Notes under the pieces: model-generated | The model's database searches: none | Seen by the model: only the letters and a program-made list of their open reading frames with translations | Told to the model about the DNA's origin: nothing | Position numbers and translations under genes: made by a program | Part shown: positions 44,781-58,946 of the stretch, piece by piece | How positions within the stretch are numbered: position 1 is the first letter of the stretch | Layout: each line of letters begins with the position of its first letter | DNA from: Paramoeba atlantica | Taxonomy: Eukaryota > Protista > Discosea | Direction of reading: 5' to 3' | Length of the DNA stretch: 64,000 nt | NCBI GenBank assembly: GCA_977017575.1 | Contig: CDRNVI010000103.1 | Span: 68,610 to 132,609, forward strand

Positions 44781-45674
44781 TTGCGGTGGTTGTAAAACTA
44801 CCGCTCTACACTCGATTATTGAAAAAAAGTGAACAAAAACAGTGAAAATATAAAGGGGAACACAGTAATATAATAGAAGAAAAAAATATAAAAGGGGGCT
44901 CCGGTGGTCCAAAACTGAAAAAAAAATTTGAAAAAAATGGGGGGTCCATGGGGGGGGTCCAGGGGGCGGGGGGCATGGTCGAGCAAATTTTTTCGAAAAA
45001 ATTAGTTTTCGAAAAAAAACCGCAGAAAGGGTAGCCGGGGTCTTGGCGCGCATTTTCCACCCCCCTACCCTGGGGTGACCCCCCCGCGTATCCGCAGGAC
45101 GGGTCCGCCAAGTTCGGATTTTTTCGGAAAAAAAGTTTTGAAAAAAATTTCAACTTGGCGAAAAAAATGACAAAAAAAATATTTTTCCAAAATCGTTTCC
45201 CCTATTGTATTTTGATAGTTTGGGACCTACACTAGCTTTCTCCGCAGTTGTTTTCGCAAGGTATCCCTTCTTCGAACTGTGGTGCGCCCCCCAAAATGAC
45301 CCATTTTTGACTAAAAAAGGTGAAAAAGTATTTTTCGGACCTAAAGGGGCATTTTTGTGTCGAAAGAATGGTATGGTTGGAGTCGCATTCTCTACCCAAT
45401 ACGTTCGGTAGGCTTTCATTCATGCCTGCGAGTGATTTCCCACGCGCAAATGTCGGATTTAGTGCTCTGAGAGCAAAAATATGCGAAAATGACCCCATTT
45501 GTACCCGAAATTCGGCCATTTTTGGCTATAATCTTTCCGTTTTCCAGGCTAAATTTTCTTTTTTAGGCTCTTCGTTAAACGCGGCGGTAGTTTTCAACGC
45601 GAAGCGCGCAGCATGAGTGACTTCTAAGTTGAAAGCAACCACCGCGTTTAACGAAGAGCCTAAAAAAGAAAATT
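44781..45674 (+). mobile_element. Repeat R, full copy (~0.9 kb)
   Basis: 5' hairpin GCGGTGGTT-GTAA-AACTACCGC; 3' 47-bp-arm hairpin; TT at both ends. Confidence 0.9.
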
Positions 45675-45690
45675 ATTATTAAGTTGTCAA

Positions 45691-46575
45691 TTGCGGTGGT
45701 TGTAAAACTACCGCTCTACACTCGATTATTGAAAAAAAAGTAAACAAAAACAGTGAAAATATAAAGGGGAACACAGTAATATAATAGAAGAAAAAAATAT
45801 AAAAGGGGGCTCCGGTGGTCCAAAACTGAAAAAAAAAATTGAAAAAAATGGGGGGTCCAGGGGGGGGGTCCAGGGGGGGGGGCATGGTCGAGCAAATTTT
45901 TTCGAAAAAATTAGTTTTCGAAAAAAAACCGCAGAAAGGGTAGCCGGGGTCTTGGCGCGCATTTTCCACCCCCCTACCCGGGGGTGACCCCCCCGCGTAT
46001 CCGCAGGACGGGTCCGCCATGTTCGGATATTTTCGGAAAAAAAAAATTGAAAAAAATTTCAACTTGGCGAAAAAAATGACAAAAAAATATTTTTCCAAAA
46101 TCGTTTCCCCTATTGTATTTTGATAGTTTGGGACCTACACTAGCTTTCTCCGCAGTTGTTTTCGCAAGGTATCCCTTCTTCGAACTGTGGTGCGCCCCCC
46201 AAAATGACCCATTTTTGACTAAAAAAGGTGAAAAAGTATTTTTCGGACCTAAAGGGGCATTTTTGTGTCGAAAGAATGGTATGGTTGGAGTCGCATTCTC
46301 TACCCAATACGTTCGGTAGGCTTTCATTCATGCCTGCGAGTGATTTCCCACGCGCAAATGTCGGATTTAGTGCTCTGAGAGCAAAAATATGCGAAAATGA
46401 CCCCATTTGTACCCGAAATTCGGCCATTTTTGGCTATAATCTTTCCGTTTTCCAGGCTAAATTTTCTTTTTTAGGCTCTTCGTTAAACGCGGCGGTAGTT
46501 TTCAACGCGAAGCGCTCAGCATGAGTGACTTCTAAGTTGAAAACAACCACCGCGTTTAACGAAGAGCCTAAAATT
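45691..46575 (+). mobile_element. Repeat R, tandem copy
   Basis: Head-to-tail with previous copy, 16-bp spacer. Confidence 0.9.
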
Positions 46576-46605
46576 ATTATTGAGTTTCAACAACTTAATA
46601 TTATT

Positions 46606-46860
46606 CCGTCCCCCGGTTTACTTTTTTGGTCAGTTTTATCTTTTCCTCCAACTTTTTAGACAATTATTTCTATTTTTGCTTCAGAAAACGTCTTAAACGC
46701 TTATTTGGGTTACCCCCGAGGCCCACGACATGCGGACACTCACCCCCTACCCCCTATACGCTTCCTGTGGGGCTCCCGATCCAAATCTCTCTTACTGGGG
46801 GTCAGTCCAAAAGGGTCAAATCTCTCTTACTGGGGGGTACCTTACTGGGGAGGTATACGG
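46606..46860. repeat. Dispersed repeat family E
   Basis: Homologous to 24990-25161. Confidence 0.6.
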
Positions 46861-46968
46861 TATCTGATCTATCCCTGTAGATCATCTACAGTGAGGTTAA
46901 ACCTCCTGCATAGTCAATTTTTATTTGAGTACCGGAAATACATACGAAATGTAAAACAAGATTTATAA

Positions 46969-48882
<1,914 letters not shown>

Positions 48883-49352
48883 AAAATGTCTAGTAAAGGG
48901 TGTGTGGAATAAATGGTGTCCTTTTGTTGCTATTTTTAGTCGAAAAATATGAAATTAACATAGTGAATCGTGTTGAATTATTGTCATGATTGTCAAATTT
49001 GAGAAAGGATCAAAAGGGAAGAAACGTAAAATTAGCGAACATGCTGTGACTGCATGTGTTTTTGTTTATTTGCCAATTCTTTCACCTAAAGTTGAGTTTC
49101 ACTATCTTTTGCTTGTTTTACATTTCGTATCTCCATTTTCATGAAGATATTAAAACCTGAGCTTTTTTATTATGCGTCTATCGTAAAACATTCATTCTTA
49201 CACCATGTACCACCGTTTCAATGATTTATTATGTAAAACTATTTTTATCTCATTAGGCGCTTCCTGTAAATCTCGCTATGGACATCATTACAGGCTCATT
49301 GCAGTTTTAAAAGGAATACTACAAGTACATTATTTACAGATACAACTTTACC

Positions 49353-49991
49353 ATGCTTATTCCTTGTGCTGACACATCTATCTCTCGCAGCCGAGTTGCC
49401 CGAGTACGCATCCAATCACTTCCTCCCTCATTCCAACTTGCGCGCTTCATAAAAAACATATCGAACCCCTTAATATCATGGCATGAGGATAACGAACTAG
49501 GCAAGTGGGAAGGAGTTCAACGCCATCCTTTGAATTATTTATGTCAATGGCAAATTCTCTGGTCTGGTCGAAAGTTACAGGGAACATTTCCTGATTGGAG
49601 TTGTCTTCCGGAGACGGTGACGACACTGCACCTCGGCATGCGCACTACAATAGGGCTTACACATTACAACTACCTAACGGGGTCCGTAAACTTTGGAGCC
49701 TTACATCATAAACTTGAATATCTTTCCCTTTCTGGGAATTCATTTTATGGTACTTTCGACGCAGAACATCTCCCTTCTTCTTTGCGCTGTCTTGAATTGG
49801 AGGATAACAATTTTGAAGGAATTCTATGTTTGACCGCTTTACCCCGGAATATGTACAAAATTACCTTGCAAGGAAATCAGTTCTCTGGAAAAGTGTCGTT
49901 TGAGGCTCTTCCAAAGACATTACATAGACTTACGATTTCCACAGGAATGGATATTCAAGGCTCCATTCCTAGCTGTGTAGATTTTGCGTAG
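49353..49991 (+). CDS. LRR family protein (paralogue 9)
   Basis: RVRIQSLPPSFQLARF, LRRs. Confidence 0.87.
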   Translation: MLIPCADTSISRSRVARVRIQSLPPSFQLARFIKNISNPLISWHEDNELGKWEGVQRHPLNYLCQWQILWSGRKLQGTFPDWSCLPETVTTLHLGMRTTIGLTHYNYLTGSVNFGALHHKLEYLSLSGNSFYGTFDAEHLPSSLRCLELEDNNFEGILCLTALPRNMYKITLQGNQFSGKVSFEALPKTLHRLTISTGMDIQGSIPSCVDFA

Positions 49992-50621
49992 ATTTTTATT
50001 TTGCCACGCTAAACAATTGTTTCTCACCTCTTTTTTTCTACCTACTCCCCTGTTCAAAAAGAAGGAAAATGTATTTTGATTGTTATTTTCCCTTCTCCTT
50101 TTTTTGTCCTTTCTTCATCTTTATCGGTCATTTAAGTTCTTCTTCTCTTATACAATGGAGGGTTATTACTTCCAACGTAACCAAACTCAAGAGATCACAA
50201 AGTTCTGGGCCAGTGAGTATGCTACTCGCGAATCAAGCAAAACATACAGTCAGCTAAAAAACCTTTCGAATGTTTTGAATTTTTTTTGTACACATCTATT
50301 GACTAAATAACACCGTTGCACTGGTAACTTGTTCTAGTAGTGTAGGCATGATTGTTACCTAATAGTACCCATAGATAGTTCATCTCAGTTCGTTCTACCA
50401 AAGAAATAATAATGAATATATAAAAAATTGTATCCGAAATTTTTTTGCTACCTGTTATAGAGAAAACCCAAAAATTAGATGAAAAGCAATTCCCTATTAA
50501 CTAACCAATTCGTTAGTTACCCAACCTCCTCAATTCATCTACTCCTTTCTAAAACTCATTTCCAAAAACAAATACACACAAAACGATCCCTACACCTTTT
50601 TTTCCTTCCTTTTTTCCTCCC

Positions 50622-51383
50622 ATGCCTTTCCCCTTTCCCTCCCCCTTTCCCTCCCTTCTTGTCCTCACCAAGGACACCTCCCCCTCCCCTCCCTCCTCCT
50701 CCTCCTCCTCCCATTCCCGTCTCGGGAAACTCCGCGCGGCCTCCGCGCCCCCGGAGTACCAACTCACCCTTCTCATCGCGGATCTCCAACACAACCAATC
50801 CACCTGGGTCACCGAGACCCCCGCCGCCTCCTGGCGCGGCATCACGCTCCACGAAGCCAACCCCGGGGAGATTGTCGAGATCCAGTGGGAGGGGTTCGGT
50901 CTCCGCGGGTCGCTTAACTGGGCCCACCTCCCCAAAACCTTAACCAAGTTGGATCTCTCCCTCAACAGTATTGAGGGCTGTGTGGAGACCTCACTGCTGC
51001 CACCCCCGCTGGTGGAGCTGGACCTGAAACGGAATTACTTTTTCCGTAGTCTGGATCTAACCGTGCTCCCCGGGGGGCTACGCACGGCAGAGTTTGGGGT
51101 GAATAATTTATCCGGACCGGTGGCGTTGCACGCGCTTCCGCGTGCGATGCGGTTCTTGTCGTTGGAGGGGAATAAGTTAAACGGGGAGGTGAGTTTGCGA
51201 GGGCTTCCGCATCATTTGCGGACGCTCTTGTTGCGGGATAATTTGTTTACGGGGGAAGTGAATCTTGAGGGGATGCACGAGGGATTGGATGTTAATTTGT
51301 CCGGGAATCGGTTTACGGGGTATCTTCCAAAAGGAGATCTTCCGAATGGTGTTGCGTGGGGAAAACAAGACGAAGTAGAGTGA
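50622..51383 (+). CDS. LRR family protein (paralogue 10, GC-rich)
   Basis: KLRAASAPPEYQLTLL, ETPAASWRGI, LRRs. Confidence 0.88.
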   Translation: MPFPFPSPFPSLLVLTKDTSPSPPSSSSSSHSRLGKLRAASAPPEYQLTLLIADLQHNQSTWVTETPAASWRGITLHEANPGEIVEIQWEGFGLRGSLNWAHLPKTLTKLDLSLNSIEGCVETSLLPPPLVELDLKRNYFFRSLDLTVLPGGLRTAEFGVNNLSGPVALHALPRAMRFLSLEGNKLNGEVSLRGLPHHLRTLLLRDNLFTGEVNLEGMHEGLDVNLSGNRFTGYLPKGDLPNGVAWGKQDEVE

Positions 51384-51678
51384 CACGGACGAAGCATTAA
51401 GAAATACCTTTCTTGAGATACGTTCTTTAATTTCAGTTTTTTGTACAGATCACGAAACAAAGACCCGGTTAAGGCTAACCCGTAGCTCGTTATTATATCA
51501 AAGGTACAATAAACCGGACGGTGGTTTAAGCTTTCAATAAGCTAATATTGTATTCGAACGCTTCACCTCAACTTTTGTCAAATGAGAAATTGTGAATCAA
51601 TATTTTAAACAAATCTAATTTATTTCTCTCCCTGTAGCTCTTAGCATAAAGGTTTTTAGATACGTAAATCTTAGCAGT

Positions 51679-52338
51679 ATGTGCATCTCACGCTTTTTGA
51701 CTTCTGAATCTTCACCTCTTCCTCTTTTAGGGCGCGTCAGCCTCGTTTCGCAGCCGCATGAAATAATGCTTTCCATATTCATCAAAGACTTAAGTACGAT
51801 CCATGGGAGTTGGAATACCTCAAATCCGGCATGCAACTGGGATGGGGTAGATTGTGATGCCAAAGGAGATGTGACAGTCATACGGTGGTACCGTCGTAAT
51901 TTACTTGGTTGTTTACATTGGTATTCTCTTCCTCGTACTCTACGAGAACTAGACTTATCTAACAATCATTTAAATGGTCTTGTTTCCTTGGGTGAGCTCC
52001 CACACCATTTACAGAAGTTGCGTTTGCATAATAATGAATTCACGGGGCAGCTTCATTTTGAAAAGTGTCCCCCGACGTTAACAATTCTGGATTTAGAGGG
52101 CAATCGGTTTCAAGGCGAAGTTAACCTTGAATCACTACCTGAAACACTGCAACATTTCGAAATTTCTAAAAATCCGAGCCTATATGGTTGGTATAGCGCA
52201 AGAAAGTTACCTCCGCTTTTAAATACGCGTAGATTTAGAGACACAGGCATTTGCCGAAGCCCCTCCACTGCAGAGTACGCAGCGATTACGTATGCAGTGT
52301 TGATGCTGTTATGTATTGTGCACATGCATTTTACGTAG
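51679..52338 (+). CDS. LRR family protein (paralogue 11) with hydrophobic C-terminal segment
   Basis: RVSLVSQPHEIMLSIF, PACNWDGVDC; YAAITYAVLMLLCIV possible TM. Confidence 0.87.
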   Translation: MCISRFLTSESSPLPLLGRVSLVSQPHEIMLSIFIKDLSTIHGSWNTSNPACNWDGVDCDAKGDVTVIRWYRRNLLGCLHWYSLPRTLRELDLSNNHLNGLVSLGELPHHLQKLRLHNNEFTGQLHFEKCPPTLTILDLEGNRFQGEVNLESLPETLQHFEISKNPSLYGWYSARKLPPLLNTRRFRDTGICRSPSTAEYAAITYAVLMLLCIVHMHFT

Positions 52339-52439
52339 CAGAACCCCCCCTTTGCTCGCAACCCCCCTTTACTTTATACCGTCGACGCACTTTATTTGAA
52401 AACTTTGTGTGTGAACACATTGAATTTGATAACATTAAA

Positions 52440-53345
52440 TTGCGGTGGTTGTAAAACTACCGCTCTACACTCGATTATTGAAAAAAAAGTGAACAAAAAC
52501 AGTGAAAATATAAAGAGGAACACAGTAATATAATAGAAGAAAAAAATATAAAAGGGGGCTCCGGTGGTCCAAAACTGAAAAAAAAAAATTGAAAAAAATG
52601 GGGGGTCCATGGGGGGGGTCCAGGGGGGGGGTCCAGGGGGGGGGGGGCATGGTCGAGCAATTTTTTTCGAAAAAATTAGTTTTCGAAAAAAAACCGCAGA
52701 AAGGGTAGCCGGGGTCTTGGCGCGCATTTTCCACCCCCCTACCCGGGGGTGACCCCCCCGCGTATCCGCAGGACGGGTCCGCCAAGTTCGGATTTTTTCG
52801 GAAAAAAAAAATTGAAAAAAATTTCAACTTGGCGAAAAAAATGACAAAAAAAATATTTTTCCAAAATCTTTTCCCCTATTGTATTTTGATAGTTTGGGAC
52901 CTACACTAGCTTTCTACGCAGTTGTTTTCGCAAGGTATCACTTCTTCGAACTGTGGTGCGCCCCCCAAAATGACCCATTTTTGACTAAAAAAGGTGAAAG
53001 TATTTTTTGGACCTAAAGGGGCATTTTTGTGTCGAAAGAATGGTATGGTTGGAGTCGCATTCTCTACCCAATACGTTCGGTAGGCTTTCATTCATGCCTG
53101 CGAGTGATTTCCCACGCGCAAATGTCGGATTTAGTGCTCTGAGAGCAAAAATATGCGAAAATGACCCCATTTGTACCCGAAATTCGGCTATTTTTGGCTA
53201 TAATCTTTCCGTTTTCCAGGTTAAATTTTCTTTTTTAGGCTCTACGTTAAACGCGGCGGTAGTTTTCAACGCGAAGCGCGCAGTATGAGTGACTTCTAAG
53301 TTGAAAGCAACCACCGCGTTTAACGAAGAGCCTAAAAAAGAAATT
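52440..53345 (+). mobile_element. Repeat R, full copy
   Basis: Same termini and body as 44781-45674; three GGGGGTCCA units. Confidence 0.9.
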
Positions 53346-54228
53346 GAATATACTGTGCCCCCCCTCTAGTTATCTGTCACCCCCCCCCACCCTCCCTAGT
53401 TAGCTGTCGCTTCGAATAAAATATTAAAATAAAAAAATAAAAGAACTTCCTTCGAACATTTTTTTCGTCGACTACACCCCCTAGTTATCTGTTGCCTTTC
53501 TAAACAAGATGAAAGAATTATAAAATTAGAAGCGAAACTTAAATTTTTTTCTGTTCTGCTTTTAAGCTAATGGTTTTGCGTGGAGTTCTACGGAGAAAAT
53601 TGGAAAACAGGAGTCGGAGCTCGTTATCCCCTCCATCATCCCCTTCATCATTCCCTTCATTTAATTTAAAGATCGTCTATGTGAACATTTGAAAACGCAC
53701 TCTTCGCCGTATTTAATAGTGTCAATGTGTTGTCCGCAGCAAGGTTCTGGTGAAAACAGTTGTGCAATTCACATGGTAAATAATATGTATCGCACCTTAT
53801 TTGAAAACCGTGGTATTGACATTCTTTCCCGTCGTGACCTTTGTGAAATTTGGAGTCCGATAGCTCCCGATTTTCTACTTTAACCCATACATGTATATGT
53901 ATATATGTTGTACCCATACATACATGTATACGTACTGTCCCCCCCTACTTAAGAGTCCGCCGATTTTGGGCATTTGGACTCTTAAGTGGGGGGGTCACAA
54001 TTTTCCGGACTCTTAAGTAGGGGGGTCAGCATTTTTTCATAAAATTTCAATACGGCCGGTTCCTTTTTTGTCTATGTTTTTTTTCTCTGTTTTTTTTCTC
54101 TGTTTTTGTCTAATGAAGGTCGGCGTCTGTACTATCGATAAGATAGCAGTGCCAGGGAAGACCACGAGGAGGTCCCGACCATACTTCCCCATTACGCACT
54201 CACATCAGGAGTGGTAAATTTTATGAAT

Positions 54229-54540
54229 TTACCTGTCGGCTGGGCCAATGAAACGTTGTTTCTCATAAGTTCTAGGAACCCAATTGAAGGAATACCGAAA
54301 ATGCTTGTATATACGCTCTTTGCGGATTTCCGAGAGCGTTTCTGTAAAAACATCGTGCTTTTCCATCAATTCAAAAACATAACGTTTCGTGATAGGGACT
54401 CTATCATCCAAAAGTTCAAGAAGCTCCGTATGAATTTTTTCCATGCTGCCTTGACGTCATTGATTAAGTTTTCTCTCCCTCTTCCGTTTGCTCCCTCCTC
54501 GGTTTAAACGAGACTGAAATTTATTTTCCCCTTGTGACCT
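54229..54540 (-). pseudogene. Possible CENP-B-type HTH (pogo-like) transposase fragment
   Basis: ELLELLDDRVPITKRYVFELM..FRYSFNWV; weak resemblance only. Confidence 0.3.
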
Positions 54541-54682
54541 AATACGACGAATAGTTCTACAACACACGCCATACTGCTCGCTTAAACATTCTACAGATTT
54601 TGATGATCTGCAAATATTCAGCTTTTCTTGCATATCAAGAGAATTTCTTGTTATACTACCTTGCGATATAAACTATACTATA

Positions 54683-55110
54683 CAGTAACTAAAAAAAGTG
54701 TTCAAATGTTTCAACAGTTTTTAGTGTTTTTATTTTTTACAAAAGGGAATCAGGGGATAACGCAGTAGTATACAATAGTAGTGTAGGCTGGAGTAGTGCT
54801 TGTATTCCCATGTACTTGAACTTCATCAATGGCCTTACAATAAAAAATCAAGAAAGATATCAGTTCAACACTTGAACACTTTTTTTCACTTTTTTGGGGA
54901 CAACATTTTTTATATAAAAACTTTCTCTTACTTCCTCCTTATCAGCCCAAAATGCCGTAAACTTAGTACTTTGTAAGCCCCCCCTTCGCCTTAATCACTG
55001 CCCTCAACCGGCGAGGCATGCTCTGAACAAGAGGAAGGCATCCACTCGGAGGAACATTCGCCCACAGGCAATGACCCACGCGTTCTTCAATGTGCCAGAA
55101 AAGAATCTTA
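54683..55110 (-). mobile_element. Tc1 element end (family K) with transposase C-terminus
   Basis: Minus frame LVQSMPRRLRAVIKAKGGLTKY* ending at 54963; terminus TA|CAGTAACT at 54683. Confidence 0.8.
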
Positions 55111-55168
55111 TTTCCAGGATTCTTCAACTTGGTCGACTTTTTTAGCGCGTTTTAAAGAAATAGTTTCT

Positions 55169-55912
55169 TTGGAGCGTGAAGCGCAAAAGAAATCGGAAGC
55201 TCGGGCTCTTCTGATCATTGATGAAGCGGCCCAGCATGGTAGTACAGATTCTATCCTTCAGGATGCGTCTTGTGGAGTAGTTTGCGTCCCGAAAAAAATG
55301 ACTCACGTATTTCAGCCAGCGGATCAGTTCATTATTTCTGGGTTAAAAGAGCGTGCTGTGCAACTTTATAACAGTGATATAGCCCGTATTTTTTCGCGCT
55401 CTGAGAACAGCACGGCAGTATCTAATATGGTAAGCACATCCCGCACTCTCTGTCGCGAAAAAAAGGTTTCCTATATCATCCAAGCAATGAATGAAATTTC
55501 TCCTGCGCAAATTCTTGCCTCTTGGGAAGTTACAGAAATACCCAAGGTTTTGTTTGGTGAAGTAAAAACGCGCTCTTCTCGCCTTGATGCGTATAAAAAC
55601 TTACAAACTCACTTAGGATCATCAGGGGACAACATATTCGTTGACGCGGATGATCAAGAGCAAACTCCATTGCCTATACCAAACGACGAGATAGCTACCT
55701 CCAATTTACCTAGTGGAAGAAGAAAACGCGGACGCCCTCGGAAAATACTATCGAGTGGGGACCTCGAAATGCAGCGACGCGAAGCCGAAGATATTGCCAA
55801 TCTGCGCCACCGCCTACGCGGAATGACACGTAAGCGTAGAGAGCAATATAAGTCCGCCAAAGAATTGCACATTGCCCCATTGACATCCTATGGAATAGGG
55901 CCGCGCAATTGA
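55169..55912 (+). mobile_element. 5'-truncated pogo/Tigger-type DDE transposase with AT-hook
   Basis: LLIIDEAAQH..VPKKMTHVFQPAD (D-33-D); RKRGRPRK. Confidence 0.75.
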
Positions 55913-56677
55913 TCAAACTGGATTCGCTCAATATAGTCATGAAAGAAATGATGAGTAATGATTACTTCTTTATTGGTAAACTTTTGAATTTCCAGAGAGC
56001 TTTCATTAGTTATTTTGGGGTTTTTTACGCCGTGTTATGGACATACTGTAATGCTTTTTCTCCTCTCGAAATTTTTCTAGCTCGCTGGCAATTTTTGTTT
56101 CGCCATACAAATATTAGTGGGACAAAAATTAATGTTTTTTTAATTAATATTTGCATGGGTCCAACACTAATTAAAAAAACATTAAATTTTGGCGGCAGTT
56201 CTACCCCATTGGGGTAGAAAGGAATTTTCCTAGGCAATAAAGATACCGTTTCTGTAACATTTCGTTCCCTCGCTTTTTTTGGCGACGGACTCCCCTAGTT
56301 ATCTGTCGCACTTTGACCCCCCTAGTTATCTGTCGCACCCCTACCCCCCGTAGTTGTCTCTCACCTTTTCTCGAAAAGTAACGACGGATAACTAGGGGGG
56401 TACAGTATTTCTTTTTTTCTTACATTTTTTGGTGTATTTACTTTTTTTGTATCCTTCCTCATTTTTTTGATATTTTCGTAGTCTTGACATAGCTTTTGCA
56501 GGTTTACTGTTTCAGATTATTATGTTATTTTTTCACATTAAAATGGACTCATCAAACTGCAAATATCAACAATATCATACATCGTTACTTAGAAAATGCA
56601 GTAGGTTTACCATTTCAGATTATTGTATTAGCATTCTCATTACTATGGGCTCATCAAACAACAATTGAGCTGTCATA

Positions 56678-57045
56678 CAGTGGTTTCATGATATCTTCCC
56701 CCCGGGGGAATTTTGAGTTTTTTTCTTTGTTTTTTCTCATTTTTGCAGCATTGGATAGATCTCGTTTCTCTGGTGAAGCGCTCTGCTACCCTTTTTATGT
56801 AGGGGCCCCCTGGTACCCCCTGGGTCCAAAACACATGGTTTGGACTTCATTCCAAGGTTCGTATTTATCAAAAATCTTGTTTTGGCTGTTTTTCGGGTCA
56901 CCATATGAGCACTACGGGGTCCCTGTGAAAAGAGAGGTGCCAAAGCGCTTCACTGGGGGAACGAGATCTCTCGTTTGCAACAAAAATGAGCAAAAACGGA
57001 CACAAAGACTCAAAATTCGCAGGGGGGGTACAATTGAAACCATTG
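56678..57045. mobile_element. MITE family D, inverted copy
   Basis: TA|CAGTGGTTTCA...TGAAACCATTG|TA; reverse complement of 13261-13628. Confidence 0.85.
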
Positions 57046-57318
57046 TATTTTGTACACAGAAAAATATGCACAGAAAAATATGCACAGAAATATAAATTCT
57101 CTAAATTTTTGTAAAACGAATTCTCGTTCAATTTCCCTCAATAATCACTAAACCGCAATATTTACCTCCGCAATTCGAGGCTAAAGCAACCATCTCACTT
57201 TGTTCCCCCATCTCATTTTACCCCCTACTCTCCTAAAACCCGCATTTCACCCTTCCTTTTTCATCAAACCCTTTTCTTCTCTCATCCCCCTTCCCCTCCT
57301 CCTCCTCCTCCTCCCCCC

Positions 57319-58539
57319 ATGTCTTCTCTCCTCTTCACCCTCCTCCTCTCCCTTCTCCTCCCCACCCTCCCCACCCTCGACGACGCCTCCGACCTCCCCC
57401 ACCCTCCTCCCTTCGACCGCGAAGCCGCCTACCGCCCTGACTCCTACCCACCATCGACTGCATCTTCAGTGTCTTCTTCTACTTCTTCACAAGCCCCTTC
57501 TTCTTCTTCACAAGCGTCTTCTTCTTCTTCACAAGCGTCCTCTTCTTCTTCTTCACAAGCGTCTTCTTCTTCTTCACAAGCGTCTTTTTCTTCTCTCTCT
57601 TCTTCTTCACAAGCGTCTTCTTCGTCTTCTCTATCACCATCTTCACCAGCGTCTTCTTCTTTATCCTCTCTATCGTCTTCTTCATCTTCACGACCCTCCT
57701 CTTCCTCCTCTTCCCTATCCTCCTCTTCCCGAGCGTCGTCTTCTTCCTCTTCCCGGCCCTCCCCCCGACCCTCCCCCCGCCCCGGCCGCGTCTCCGCCTC
57801 CCTCCTCTCCCCCACCCACCAGCTCCTCCGCCTCACCGCCCCCCTCCACAACCCCCACCCCTCCTGGGTCCCCGAGACCCGCGCCTCCCCCTGGACCTGG
57901 TTCCTCTGGGGAACCCCCGACGCCGCGGCGGAGGTCGACGTCTGTGCCACCTGGTACGGCGTCGTGTGCAGCCCCGCCGGGGAGGTCCTGGAGCTGCGGT
58001 GGAACGACCTCGACCTCAAAGGGAACCTCTCCTGGGGCTACGTCCCCCGGGCGACCACCCAGCGGGTCTCGGTCTACCGCAACGACCTCACCGGGGGGCT
58101 CCCGCTCGGGGACCTCCCGGGGGGGCTGCGCTACCTGTGCGTGTCGAGTAACCAGATGGGCGGGGGGCTGGGGCTGGGGGGGATGCCCCACGGGATGACG
58201 GATGTGTACGCCCGGCATAACGGGTTTGAGGGGGGGGTGGAGCTGGAGAGGCTGCCGCAGACGCTGGGGTTTTTGTATTTGAGCTTTAACCGGTTGGGGG
58301 GGGAGGTGGGGTTGGGGGGGCTGCCGCAGGGGATGAAGAGGTTGCGGTTGGAGAATAATGAGTTCTCGGGGTGGTTGCGGGTGCCGAATCCGTTGCCGGA
58401 GGCGTTGGAGTATTTGGATGTCAGGCATAATCGGTTGCGGATTGCGCAGGAGGGTGGGGTGGTGTATCAACCCGGCGTGCAGGTGTATCTGTTTCCGCAA
58501 AAAGGGGATGACATGGATACTCCTTTTTTGGCGATATAA
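57319..58539 (+). CDS. LRR family protein (paralogue 12) with signal-like N-terminus and Ser-rich stalk
   Basis: MSSLLFTLLLSLLLP; 18-nt repeats (SSSSQA) ~57473-57620; WYGVVC cap; LRRs. Confidence 0.85.
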   Translation: MSSLLFTLLLSLLLPTLPTLDDASDLPHPPPFDREAAYRPDSYPPSTASSVSSSTSSQAPSSSSQASSSSSQASSSSSSQASSSSSQASFSSLSSSSQASSSSSLSPSSPASSSLSSLSSSSSSRPSSSSSSLSSSSRASSSSSSRPSPRPSPRPGRVSASLLSPTHQLLRLTAPLHNPHPSWVPETRASPWTWFLWGTPDAAAEVDVCATWYGVVCSPAGEVLELRWNDLDLKGNLSWGYVPRATTQRVSVYRNDLTGGLPLGDLPGGLRYLCVSSNQMGGGLGLGGMPHGMTDVYARHNGFEGGVELERLPQTLGFLYLSFNRLGGEVGLGGLPQGMKRLRLENNEFSGWLRVPNPLPEALEYLDVRHNRLRIAQEGGVVYQPGVQVYLFPQKGDDMDTPFLAI

Positions 58540-58946
58540 TGCCGAACAGAAGGAAGAGCGTCCATGGGCGTGTGGACAAGGTTGTCGTTCTTTGTTTTCC
58601 ATTCGGTTTGTTGAACCACTACATTGCATGAATACGAGACTCTTTTGGCAAAAAGTAAAACCATGCGAAGGAGTCGGACAGAGGTGAATCTGATTCTTAT
58701 CCAGGCATGCGGTCGTGTCAGTGAACAAAAGGGCAGATGTACCATGAAAGCTGTGTACAGCAGTAAAGTAGCATCTGTGAAGCGACATGCCATGAATGTG
58801 CTTTTAATCTCGATCCCCACCTTTTTGTTAAACGACACATATCGTATAGAAATAAATCAGGTCTACTTTTGTTCAGGTTTCGCCCCAATGATTACCGCTT
58901 TGACTGAATAGATCCACTTTCATACCCTTTTTAACTCCTTATCATC

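Noticed and set aside
43555-46524. Recurrent 60-140-aa ORFs inside repeat R
   Set aside because: Frames and lengths differ among copies because of homopolymer indels; no protein-like motifs.
53640-53917. His/Cys-containing minus-strand ORF as a zinc-finger fragment
   Set aside because: Spacing does not fit a family I can name; surrounded by stops.
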